Assembly: GCF_001194135.2 (NCBI RefSeq)
Contig: NC_068981.1
Coordinates: 153,729,782-153,793,781 of the forward strand
From: Octopus bimaculoides
Lineage: Eukaryota
Length of the DNA: 64,000 bases
Reading direction: 5' to 3'
This document shows positions 37,035-48,925 of this stretch, piece by piece. A program made the translations under genes and the position numbers. Position 1 is the first letter of the stretch. The number at the start of each line of letters is the position of its first letter. Under the pieces are notes generated by a model. It had not been told where the DNA came from and ran no database searches. It was given only the letters and a program-made list of their open reading frames with translations.

Positions 37035-37450
37035 GGCAGAGGTGTGGCTATGTGGTAAGAAGCTTGCTACCCAACCACATGGTTCTGGGTCGAGTCCCAC
37101 TGCATGGCACTTTGGGCAATTGTCTTCTACTATATAGCCTTGAGCCGACCAAAGCCTTGTGAGTGGATTTGGTTGATGGAAACTGAAACAAGCCACGCGC
37201 GCGCGTGTGTGTGTGTGTGTGTGTGTGCGTGCGTGTGCGCACGCGTGCATCCAACAACTGTTTGACAACTGGTGTTGGTGTGTCGACGTCCCCACAACTT
37301 GGTAATTCAGCAAAAGAAACCGATAGAATAAGTACCAGGTTTGACAGAAAAACAAATTAAGTACTAAGGTCGAATAGTGCAACTAAAAATTCAAGGTGGT
37401 GCCCCAGCATGGCTGCAAGTTAATGACTGAAACAAGTAAAAGATAACAGA
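37035..37450 (+). mobile_element. tRNA-derived SINE family B, full length, with internal (GT)n
   Basis: Head gtggctatgtggtaagaagcttgc...gggtcgagtccc, core ggcactttgggcaattgtcttctac, tail tgactgaaacaagtaaaaga. Confidence 0.88.
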
Positions 37451-37699
37451 TAAGATATGAACTTGAAAATGATTACCACACTGCATTCAAGCACATCAGA
37501 CCTGTTTCCATCATTAAAAGACTTTAATAATATTTTCAGAGAAACTCCTTAGTCTACACCTTCTGAGTTCAAATTCCATTTAGGCCTGTGTTTTTTTCCT
37601 TCAGGACTGCTGATAAAATAAGCACCAGCAACACTGGAGTCATTCCAATCAATTCTACATTTCTATAAATACTGGTTTAGTGCTGAATCAAGAGTAATA

Positions 37700-38175
37700 C
37701 TTCAACACTCCCCAACAAACAGTTGAGCAAAACAGAATTTTAGACACAAATGAACCTTTTTTTCTTCTTTTTTCTTACACAACATCAATTAAATTATGTC
37801 CTTAGTTATATAGAGTAATACTTTACTAGATCTAAAGAAAATTTGATACCAAAATCTTATATGTTTAACACATAAGCACACTTATAACACTTCACAATAA
37901 ATGAAGCACTCTATCTTTATTAATATGAATCAAGCAGGACTAAGAAAAACTTATCTGCTATCATCTCAAACAGCCTGTCATTCAAAAATTATATTTAACT
38001 ACACCATACTAAGTCTTCCTGTTGTTCAAGCAACTTATCTGCCTCAAATGATGATGATGATGATGACGGTGGTGGTGGTGTGCATCAATTTCATCAAGCT
38101 AATTTTTCCCTTTAGATTTTTACTTTATGAAGTCACATTTTAACACTTTATCTATGGTTTTGATGGATCTACAAA
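37700..38175 (-). repeat. ~460-bp interspersed element, copy 1 (probable ancient LINE RT fragment)
   Basis: Colinear with 54015-54460 in the same orientation, about 75% identical; minus-strand frames give degenerate RT-like words (KLLEW, FLNDR). Confidence 0.6.
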
Positions 38176-38405
38176 AAAAATCTACACTATCTCCAACAAA
38201 GATGCCAGTAGTACCATGGCAAACTTCAATTCCCTATCAAGAAATCTGAGATGGGATCTAATTTTTAGTCTGACAGGCAGAGAAACATACAATGCCAATT
38301 CTGAACTCATGAGCAAAGACCTATGGACTAGAACAATAGTTTAAAACCCAGCCAGACATCAACTTAAATCCTGTGTACCTGTATCTGTGTCTTAAACTTC
38401 CACTA

Positions 38406-38944
38406 ACACATTCAAGCTGCCTGAGCCGCGACACATTCAAGCTGCCTGAGCCGCGACACATTCAAGCTGCCTGAGCCGCGACACATTCAAGCTGCCTGAG
38501 CCGNNNNNNNNNNNNNNNNNNNNNNNNNNNNNNNNNNNNNNNNNNNNNNNNNNNNNNNNNNNNNNNNNNNNNNNNNNNNNNNNNNNNNNNNNNNNNNNNN
38601 NNNNNNNNNNNNNNNNNNNNNNNNNNNNNNNNNNNNNNNNNNNNNNNNNNNNNNNNNNNNNNNNNNNNNNNNNNNNNNNNNNNNNNNNNNNNNNNNNNNN
38701 NNATTCAAGCTGCCTGAGCCGCGACACATTCAAGCTGCCTGAGCCGCGACACATTCAAGCTGTTTGAACCGCGACACATTCAAGCTGTTTGAACAGCGAC
38801 ACATTCAAGCTGTTTGAACAGCGACACATTCAAGCTGTTTGAACAGCGACACATTCAAGCTGTTTGAACAGCGACACATTCAAGTTGTTTGAGTCGTGAC
38901 ATATTCAATCTGTTTGAGTCATAACACATTCAGTTGTTAGAATC
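38406..38944. repeat. 25-bp minisatellite with two unit variants, spanning an N gap
   Basis: Variant A ACACATTCAAGCTGCCTGAGCCGCG, then variant B ACACATTCAAGCTGTTTGAACAGCG, then degenerate units. Confidence 0.95.
38504..38702. other. Assembly gap (N run)
   Basis: Other gaps at 645-659, 25916-26015, 28948-28957, 34774-34927, 41672-41866 and 56008-56334, mostly next to repeats. Confidence 0.99.
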
Positions 38945-39834
38945 ATTACAAAGTCATCCTACCAACCAAAAGAACAATGATCTGTTTCCTGACTCTTGCT
39001 CAACTGTATCCATAGCAAAGACACTTAACTATTAATGATTTAGTTTACCTTGATATAAGATATATTACGTAGGAACAATTCACCTTGAAGGAATTACAGG
39101 TGATGGTCGTCATTTTGCCCCAAATCAGATACTCAAACAGATCTATGATCAAAAAAGTGTTCTGGTTGTGTTTATCCCATTTGGGAGGGGTTCCCTCTCC
39201 CCAGGACTACTGTATCAAGGATTACACCATTTAATCAGTCCTTCCCTGTTTCAAGATGGTAGGGTACAATTTGAAGGAAATTTGTCAACTATTTCTAGCA
39301 GGTAAGCATAGTGGCTCCGTTATTGGAAATGCAGATCACTATTATAGGTAATATGATCATTGAACATCTGACAAACATTTGCTTGTAGTAAAGAATTTAA
39401 ATCAACCCATAGGCAAAAAAATGTTTTAAAATAACACCAGTGTGCATACATACAATGAGTATACAAATGCAAAAAAGTATAAATCTGTAATATTTTGTCT
39501 CGGAGAAACATCTTAAAAAGACTGAAGAGTCAAAAACACAGGGCCTCACTCAGGATGCCAGTGAATCAGCAGACTCGATTCGTTCTCTTCAATGATAAAT
39601 AACTGGACTTTCTGATCCAAGTTGAAAAATGCTTGTTCCAATGTAGAAATTGGTGAACAAAACATTCACTGATTTGTGTGCTTGTGATTCAATGGTCACA
39701 TGACTAGAGTAAGTATTGTCTGATACATTTGGCAGATTATCTTTTCAGTAAGATCATCTTTTAAGCAAGATTATGTACTACAATTTTTTGTATAAACCAC
39801 TTGATTAATATACTGTTATCTCAACAAGTTAATG

Positions 39835-40025
39835 AGGGAGACCTTACATGGTTGTTTAACCTGTCCAATGTTCCTCAAATCAGGTTCTATTGTCTTAAAA
39901 AGAAATACATTGAATAATTAAGTCCTAGATATACTGTTCTTAAGAACAAGAAGGGATGGTCATAGCTGGAAAGCCTTTGATTGCAGTTCTTTTTGATCAT
40001 ATGTAACTTAGGCTTAACAATTGGT
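39835..40025 (+). repeat. Old interspersed repeat family D
   Basis: Motif chain ctgctagaaatagcagctaaat / tgtcttaaaa / gatggtcatagctggaatgcctttgatcat / ggctaaacaa recurs at about 470-545, 3620-3700, 9860-10010, 28095-28290, 47710-47840, 54475-54635, 57370-57570 and 62985-63165. Confidence 0.6.
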
Positions 40026-40200
40026 GCCTTTCAGAAGCAACTTTTACAACTGCTTGTGCCATACTTGCAAGGGCTTCAAAGTATACATATTATTGCCAAA
40101 AACAAATCTTACATTCTAACTTTCAGAAATAAATAAATAAATAAATAAATAATTTACTGCTACTGTGTTCAGAAATAAATAAATATAATTTACTGCTACT

Positions 40201-40462
40201 GTGTTCTTGACAAGACACTTTATTTCCTATTGCTCCAGTTCCCTCAGATGTAGAAACAAATTGCAATGTTACTGATGCCAAGCTGTATTGGCATTTGCCT
40301 TTTCCTTGGATAACATTGGTGGTATGGAGAGGGGAGGCTGGTATGCATCAGCAACTGTTAGTCTCCCATAAACAACCTTGCCTGGAATTGTACATTGGAG
40401 GGGAACTTTCTAGGTGAAATCCCATGGCCATTCATGACAGAAAGGGGGAGGGTCTATTTTTA
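40201..40462 (+). mobile_element. 5'-truncated SINE sharing the family-M core but with a different 3' region; 11-bp TSD
   Basis: Begins gtgttcttgacaagacactttatttcctattgctccag; flanked by ttactgctact at 40190-40200 and 40463-40473. Confidence 0.75.
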
Positions 40463-41131
40463 TTACTGCTACTATTTCGAACATAGAACACAATAGCATA
40501 ATCAAGATTATCATAGTTTGTTTAGTGTTCATTTTCTTTAATTTTCTGTATCAGTTAAAATTAGTTTTATCCATACATTAAAGAACACCAACCAAATGAA
40601 TTACAACAGAAACAAACTAGTTGCTTCTCCAAGTACTGCAATATCCAAAAACAATATAAAGAATATCTTACATTTCCCAGACTCCTAAATGTATGTGTAC
40701 TCGTTTAAAGTTCATACCCCTAACATACAGAGACTAGCCACAAAAAGGTCATACCTAATAAAGAATTAACATGTCTAAAGATAAAAACCTGTGCTATTAA
40801 GAACCGTAGTCTGAGCCACAGCCAGCAGATAATTGAGATTATACCTATACAATATAAGAGATGGTACATTAAAACTTGTTTCAGCATAGTATAAATTAGA
40901 TTTTTTTTTTTTTACAAGTAAAACAATGAAAATATACAAATAAAAAAGGAGAGTGGAAACGCTGTACCAAATCAAGCTATTACTAGTATAAATACTCAAA
41001 GTGAACAATACAGATGTCAACATTTTAGAACAAAATCACAAAGGATTAAAAGCATACATTTAACAGATGTATGCTTTAATTTCCATTAAATCAAATATAT
41101 CTAACATAGAAATACAGTAAAGTTCGCTCAC

Positions 41132-41199
41132 CTGGGTAGATTCATATAACATATACAATCAACATCACCAACTTCCCCGTCAATACAGTCTAAGCACAT
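41132..41199 (-). CDS. Candidate alternative first coding exon of RalGPS: MCLDCIDGEVGDVDCICYMNLP(R)
   Basis: ATG at 41199, 22 open codons plus AG, donor CAG|GTGAGC; phase 2 matches the 31110 acceptor. Possible acceptor cttcag just upstream (AG at 41203-41202). No homology support. Confidence 0.55.
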
Positions 41200-41620
41200 A
41201 ACTGAAGTGTATTTCAGCTTTAAGAAAAATGATTTTGCCTTCTTTTTTTGCATTATATGCAGACTGTCACTTAAAACAGTAGCTTCAAACATTCAATATA
41301 GAGAAAGTCACTAAAATAAGAGAGTGAGCTAATGATTCTCAAACACATAAAAAATAAAAAAAAATTAATAAGCAAGTAATCCATAATCTAGTTTAAAATC
41401 AACAATTATCTACACTAAGTATATTCATACTCAAATAGTAGACAGTGATTAACAATAAGAACAGGATTTTAGCTCACTGATAAAATGTACAACCACCATA
41501 AATAGTGAGTGAAAAAAGAGGAAAATACATGTCTGTAGATGCGCATCAACTTAGCATTAACAAAAAGATTACAATAATAATTTGAGCAAAAGTAAATAAT
41601 TTAAAACACTGAATTCAATC

Positions 41621-41671
<51 letters not shown>

Positions 41672-44629
41672 NNNNNNNNNNNNNNNNNNNNNNNNNNNNN
41701 NNNNNNNNNNNNNNNNNNNNNNNNNNNNNNNNNNNNNNNNNNNNNNNNNNNNNNNNNNNNNNNNNNNNNNNNNNNNNNNNNNNNNNNNNNNNNNNNNNNN
41801 NNNNNNNNNNNNNNNNNNNNNNNNNNNNNNNNNNNNNNNNNNNNNNNNNNNNNNNNNNNNNNNNNNTGTGATTGAGCTAACTGCAACAAATTTAAGCTCA
41901 GTTTTGAAACCACAGAGCTTGTATTACAAATGAAATATGAGCTGTGTTATGTGTACTTTAACAGCAACTACTAAAAAAGAGACTGATGCAAAAAGCGTCC
42001 ATCTAATGATTGCGCAACATAATAGAATAAAATTATTGAAGCTAAACATCAAACATCTAGCAGCTAACATTTCAGAAAAGTTACCATTAGTAACAGGTTT
42101 TACAAATACTCCTCAGAGTATGAGGCAATAAATACTAAAGAAAAAAAAAGAAAAAGAAAACATTTTCCAGCAATTATGTAAATGAAATTTAAGAAAAGAG
42201 GTAAAAAAAAAAAATTAGAATTATGAAAGCTACAAAAACAAAAAAAAACTAAGAAATTAGTAGAGCATCTCAGAATTCATATTCTTGTGACAACAGATGT
42301 GACATGACAGTTATATTTTACACCACTCTTTCGTGAAATACAATTTAGTTACTGAAGCTAAATAATAAGAATTGGCAATGGGAAGGATGGGATTAATGAA
42401 ATGAAACAATGGTAATAATTAAACAAACCTAATTCTTGGAACAACCTTAATGAAAAGGAGAGACTATGAGAAAGAGAGAGAGAAAGAGAAGAGTGGGAGG
42501 CTGAGACAGACTATCTTTGTGATTGAGGCAGACATATTTCCTTTAGTAATTTTTGCCTGTACATCATGAATTTATCAATATGGTCTGTTGTACACTAGCT
42601 ATTCTGCACAGCCCTTAAGTAAAGCCTGAGTCTGAATTCAGTGGCAGAGAGAAACTAAACCACTGAAGGATTTGGTTCTTTACAAAAAAAAACTGTAAAA
42701 GTAAAACACCATAACAAATAAATACACATAGCCAATAACAAATGTCTATTTTTCTCTTTGTAATTTATAACTCTAAACAATACTGGGCAACACAATTCTT
42801 CAGAGAGAAAACACAAGATATCCTTAAAGTCAGTTTCGACCAAAGACGAATATAGTTAGAGTAACCAAACTCTGAACAGTAACATTAACTCAACAAATAT
42901 AGCAAATTCATCATCCTTTTGATATTTTTCATTACCATCATTATCATAATAGTTTCTAAAATAAAATAGCTTATTTTTATAATGCAAAATACAATTTTTT
43001 TCTTAAAGAAAATTCAATAAAATTTTAACACATTTTCAAATGTTTATGCTTTTGCAGATATGGTTTTCATTTGTTACAAAATTACAGCTCTAAAATCCAA
43101 TATGGCTAGTTCTTTGGCTGACTGCAAAAACAGGAATTGTACTGGGTGTGGCAGTAAAAACAGAATCTATATAAACAGTTGTCAGGAGCAACCAAAGAAA
43201 GGTGAAGGGCAGAAACATATTTTAAAATTAAGACAAGTCAACAATTTCGTTAAAGAAGTCATTGTTGCTTTCTAAACAAAATAAATAAGTAGAACAGGTA
43301 ATTTCTTAAGTTCTTTCCCCACAGCAACACAAGATAACATCTAAACATCTTGTACATTATACTACACCTTGTTCTGTCCTCATATTTACAGACAAACACA
43401 CACTTACTCACTATGTAAAACAAAGAACACTGTAAAACAGTTTAGTATATAACTCCATACAAAATTTCAGATTTTGTTACCCCCACCTCACCTAATTTTC
43501 TTAGCTGTTTCTTTATCCATTATAAAAACATAATAATTACAATAAACAAAGAACCAACAAGATGCCCAGTCATTAAATAGACAGACTGTTTAAGATTTAA
43601 TTCCTGACTTTGTTTACTCCTTCAGTTAACTATCAATTTTGAAAAATTAATTTATGCAGAAGTTTCCAAGCACCATGTAGCCCAAAATTTCATAAAGCAC
43701 GCTATAAATTCATTTCCAGTTTTCCCTTATAATTCTCAATAAAAAGCATTATTTAGAAAAGCAATTTACACACCAAGTTAAGAATAATACACAAAATTCA
43801 ATGCCATAAATATTTACATGCTTATTTAAACTACAATTAACATTTTAGTTTTACATAAATACGATTCTGACTATGTAATACTAACTTGGCTTTTTAAAGC
43901 TCAATAGTCATTTAACAACAAACAACCTCATAAAACATATTTACTAACTACTTCAACCTTCATCGCTTTTTAGTCTCTGCTTCCTTTCTGTTCTTTCAAT
44001 TAAGAATATCTTATATCTATATAATGCACATGTATGTACGGGTGCATTTACTCATACTTGTGTTTCGCTGTGTGTGTGTGTGTGTGTACACATGCATGTG
44101 AATGGACAGACCCATTTAACAAAATTATGTATATGCAAACATGTTCTTTCCCAATACACTATGTGTGTACCGGAATGGGTGTATGTATATAAATTTATAT
44201 ATATCCTTTGTTACTATAAATATATGTAGAATCAGATTTACTACTACTAGAAAAATTCGGTCACTCTAAATTAAGAGTATTGAATGAGAGTCTTTGTAAA
44301 CAAATACCCTTCTCTAGGCACAGTGGTTGTCTCTGGCTTCCTCTACTTAACCTGCCTCCTTTAAACTCCACTTTTACACTTTACTTAGCTTGGGGTATTA
44401 CTTCTGTTTACCTTTACTTTCTAATTTCTGAGCTTCATCCCTTTTCATTCACCTTAAATCTCACACTTTTGATCCTCTAACATCACTTCACTCAACCTAA
44501 TGCCATCAATTCCATTACCTCAAAAGTGATGAAAACTATAGTAAATGGCCACTTCCTTTCTCACCTGTAATTTTTTTCCCCCTCCTAAGTAACCACTAGT
44601 ATCACATCTTACAGCCAGTTTTTCTTAAG

Positions 44630-44950
44630 ATTCAATGAAAACAATGGTATTGTAAATTTCAACGAATGTAAAGACTTCAATCATGTCTGGCATAAACAGC
44701 CTTTGAAGCCAAGTTGCCAGCCGACTTCCTCTCAGCTCTTAGTTCAGAGGCTTATAATCAGACACACAGCATATATTAGTGGGGTTCTTTCTGTGTCTCG
44801 TATCCTATCATCTCTATTGTACCTCAAGATTCAGCTTTGTATCCAACACACTTCTTTCTGTATACACATGACCTTATCACAGCCACACCAAAAGAACTCC
44901 TATAGAAATGAAGCTACTCTTCTTTCATTCCCCAGTAACAATTGTCAAAA
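44630..44950 (+). mobile_element. Decayed LINE reverse transcriptase (Jockey/CR1/I-like)
   Basis: KDFNHVWHK (cf. KAFDRVWH), IISIVPQDSALYPTHFFLYTHDL (cf. SGVPQGSVLSPTLFLLYINDL), NSYRNEATL (cf. SYADDSTL). Confidence 0.7.
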
Positions 44951-45429
44951 TGCAATCAAGAAAATATCTGAAACACTACACCTTCCATACACATCAACAA
45001 AACAATTAAAACCTTCACAAACTTTGCAAATGTTATACCTCACAATATCTTACACCATTTTGTGGCAACCACACAATTATAACAGAGCCAAAATTGTATT
45101 TAAAAGGCTAGGCTTCTGTCTGATGATCATAAAATACCTCAACATCAAATAGCTGCTGACCCACCTAAGAATATTGTTTATGTATTTAAGATCGAGGAAG
45201 TTCACATATTTACACGTTTCAGATCACATCTAAAATAGGTCATGGGTGTGTGTGATTATCAAAAACATGTTATAACTAACTACTAACAATCCAACCTGTA
45301 CACACTGTATTCCTAAAATTATTACAACAGCTACTAAACTAACAACTTATGTATCACCTTTGTTAAAATCCAACCAATTATCCCATCTCACTCTCTTCCA
45401 ACCATTATCACTACTATATCTCATTTCAC

Positions 45430-46118
45430 ATCATCATTTAACATCTGTTTTCCATGCTGGCAAGGGTTGAACAGTCTGACAGGAACTGGCAAACCAGAGC
45501 ACTGCACAAAGCTCCACTGTCTGTTTTGACATGGTTTTCATGGCTGGATGCCCTTCTTAATGCCAACCACTTTACACAGTGGACTGGGTGCTTTTTACAT
45601 AGCACCAGCACTGGTAAGGTCTGTTTTGGCATGGTTTTCACAACTGGATACCTTTCCTAATTCCAATCACTTCACAGAGTGGGTTGGGTGCTTTACATTT
45701 AACACCAGCACCAGCGAGATCTATTCTGGCATGATTTTCACAGCTGAATGGCCTTCTAATGCCAACCATTTAGAAGAGTGGATTAGGTACTTTTCACATG
45801 GCACCAGTACAGTCTGTTTTGGCATGGTTTTTTTTTTTATTTCTACAGCAAGATGCTCTTCCTAATGCCAACCAATTTTCAGAGTGGACCGGATGCTTTT
45901 TACATGGCACAAGCACCAGCGAGGTCTGTTTTGGCATGGTTTTCATGACTAGATGGCCTTCCTAACACCAACCATTTAGTAGACTGAGTGCTTTTCATGT
46001 GATACCAGCACTGGAACAGTCTATTTTGGCATGGGTTTTATTTTTACGGTTGGATGCTCTTCCTAATACCAACCACTTTACAGAGTGGAGTGGGTGCATT
46101 TTACATGGCACCAGAACC
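45430..46118 (-). mobile_element. SINE family A derivative with six tandem ~100-bp core units
   Basis: The tail is followed by units starting tt(g/t)g(a/g)catg at about 45526, 45625, 45727, 45818, 45930 and 46025, each with ctggatgcccttcctaatgccaaccac-like and gggtgctttt-like words. Confidence 0.8.
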
Positions 46119-46818
46119 TGCGAATCCACATCTATATTAAACACTTAACCTTTCCTTCCCATAGCTACATCTAAAACTTCTTCTAAACCACACCTTACCT
46201 ATAAGTATCAATTAACAGAAGTTCGAGACAAATATCATCGATACTGAACTCACCATCTTCTGAAGACTTGCAAAAAGCATGGTGTTCAGAGGTTGGGGAG
46301 TTCTTTTTTCACCAAAATCTGATTATACCGATGATGATAAGTGCCCTATCTTAATATATAATAGTATATATTTACCTATATATACTATTATATATTTTCC
46401 TCCATTGAAAAATGTTTGATACATTTTCAATCACCAGTTTTGAAATGGAACTATACTGTTCATGCAAGCTTATGGAAGGGTTATCTAAATAAAGTGAAGA
46501 AAAGCTCGTGTAAATAGAGGTTTGGACAAACAGAACAAACAATGTGTTTTCCTCAAAGTGTACTATGTCCCGTTTGCTAAATATTCTTCAAAGTCTTGAA
46601 AATGACTCCAAACATGAATAGTAGTTCATTTATTTTTCCATGCAGGCATATATTGGACAAGACTTTTGGAGGCAATATTCTAGAGCTAGAAACTTTTCCT
46701 GGTGCCAACTCATATTTGTTTTCCAGAGCAAGTCCTTTAATCCACTGGTCTTTACACATCAAACCAGTGAGGTGCAGGATATATTGTACATGTGGGATAT
46801 AAACATCAGTGCTGCACA

Positions 46819-46940
<122 letters not shown>

Positions 46941-48109
46941 CCAGGCATTCATATGATTTTCAATTATCAAATTTCACTCCCAAGGCTATAAAAGACACCT
47001 GTCCAAAGTGCCATGCAGTCGGGTTGAACCCAATACTATAATGAAAAAGTAAGCTTCTTATCCACACAGCTATGATTGCATCTAACAATAATTCAGCTGA
47101 AAGAAAATATTAACTATTTGTAAATTACTGAGAACCAAATTAACACTCCCCCTCCTCCTCTACCACCACCACTCCATCCTGTCAAAAGAATAAGGTATTA
47201 ATACATACAGATTCTTGTACTGATAAGCTATCAGATATGCAAAACTATCAAGAATAATGCTCTGCTTCATCCTAGGATTTCATAAGTTACTGTTTTAATA
47301 GAATTTTCCACACTAGCTCTCATCCAGGTTCTTCTAATAATACTATCTCCAGTCAATCTTATTGGTTAACTTTTTACTAACAACAGTGCATTTCATAAAT
47401 TTAAAAATAATTACTTCAGAAGCATTACTTTGAAAAATAAAATGCACCAGTTGTCAAGATAAAATAAGAGTGATATAAGAAAATTGGTATAATGTTGAGG
47501 AAAAAAAATAATAGTACTAAAATAAATTTTTATTTAAATCACTAACACTTTGCAACTCATTTTTTACATCATAACAATGAAAATCAAACAAATGAACTTG
47601 CTCATATCAAGATCTTCAAAGATAGAAGCAAACTATTATAACAAAGCAAATTACAAGCCAACAAGGAAGCCTGTAAGTGGTCAATCAATCTGCTTACAAA
47701 CAACAGTCAAATCTTCCTCAAATCACACCCTAAAGTCTTTAAAAAACAGTTAAGGACACATTAGATACTGTAACCTTAACTACCCAAAAGAGACAAGATG
47801 GTTACAGATTGGGATGCCTATGATCAAAGGGTTTATACCCCAGCCATACTCAAAATTGTCAATGCATGAAATAAACTACCTGTATCCATTGTTAGCTGCC
47901 AAGATATTCCTTCAAAAATTCCATTATTTAACTTTTAACATGGCATGTATGGGGCTCTGAATAGATATAGTACCTCTGGTGTCTGGCCACTGCACCATGT
48001 TGGGGATGTTTAGGTGGACAAGGATCACTGGTCCTCATTCAACTCCTAATCTCTCCCCTGATGGCTCTTAGGCACCCCCACTTCAGTTGCTGAGCTAAAC
48101 CAAGTGAGG

Positions 48110-48420
48110 GGATGGTGGGTAACATTGCACCAATAAATGAAAGACTCCAGGTAAGGTTTCCCAAAGAGTCATCAGTTAGTTCAGAGAAACTTGCTCAGGT
48201 CAACAGCCAAGTGTTCAGGGCAAGTGCATCTCAGAAGCACACAGTTGTGGCTAACAGCAGCTTGGAAAGGAATGGGCATCGCCAGACTAACCTGACCATG
48301 TTTGTCCTGTTGTCAACTGGTTTGTCATGATGAAGATAAACAAACCAGGATTCATACCAAATTGGTCATTGCCCAGGATATAGAAGACAGAGAGAAATGG
48401 CAAAATCTGGTTACAAGGTC
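48110..48420 (+). mobile_element. Probable RTE-like LINE 3' remnant
   Basis: Highly decayed; ends in IAQDIEDREKWQNLV, resembling the A.DR..W..LV end of RTE ORFs. Confidence 0.4.
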
Positions 48421-48473
48421 ATCAATAAATGCCCCATTGACCACAAGGTCAAGGGGGGAAGATGATGGGAAGG

Positions 48474-48564
48474 AGGAGATGGATGGGGTAGAGAGGGGGT
48501 GGGAGATGGATGGGGTAGAGAAGGGGTGGGAGATGGATGGGGTAGAGAGGGGGTGGGAGATGGA
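48474..48564. repeat. 27-bp G-rich tandem repeat, about 3.3 units
   Basis: GGGAGATGGATGGGGTAGAGAGGGGGT units. Confidence 0.9.
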
Positions 48565-48848
48565 ATTGACACTTTTTTAATTTCGCAGTGAAATGAATTT
48601 TTTTAAAATCCTTAAAAGAAAGTTCAAATGAAGCCAAGATGGCTGAATGAGAAAATGCTTCCATAAATCATACTCATGAAATAATAACTTCTTAGCCCTT
48701 TTGATATCAACCTGCCTCAGACCCTCCCTGATTCTAAGATATAAACTTCCTTTAGCTTCATAATGATCAAACTATTTTACTAAATTCATCATTTTCAGAA
48801 TTAATTAAAACAAAAACAATAAATTCCAACAGAAATGGACAGAGAAGT

Positions 48849-48925
48849 GTAGATGGAAACTGGCTTCCAGTGGAAACTGGCTTCCAGTGGAAACTGGCTT
48901 CCAGTGGAAACCAGTTTCCATCTAC
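48849..48925. repeat. Three 17-bp tandem units enclosed by a perfect 15-bp inverted repeat
   Basis: GTAGATGGAAACTGG ... CCAGTTTCCATCTAC; unit TGGAAACTGGCTTCCAG. Confidence 0.9.

Noticed and set aside
38406-38944. CRISPR-like array of partly palindromic 25-bp repeats (also the 19-bp array at 10057-10169)
   Set aside because: Units are directly adjacent with no unique spacers, no cas genes, and the context is a eukaryotic intron.
43060-43275. Cys-containing 71-aa ORF on the + strand (DCKNRNCTGCGSK)
   Set aside because: No recognisable domain or convincing splice context; length is within chance expectation.
44703-45152. 149-aa ORF as a host gene
   Set aside because: It overlaps a decayed LINE RT whose motifs lie partly in other frames.
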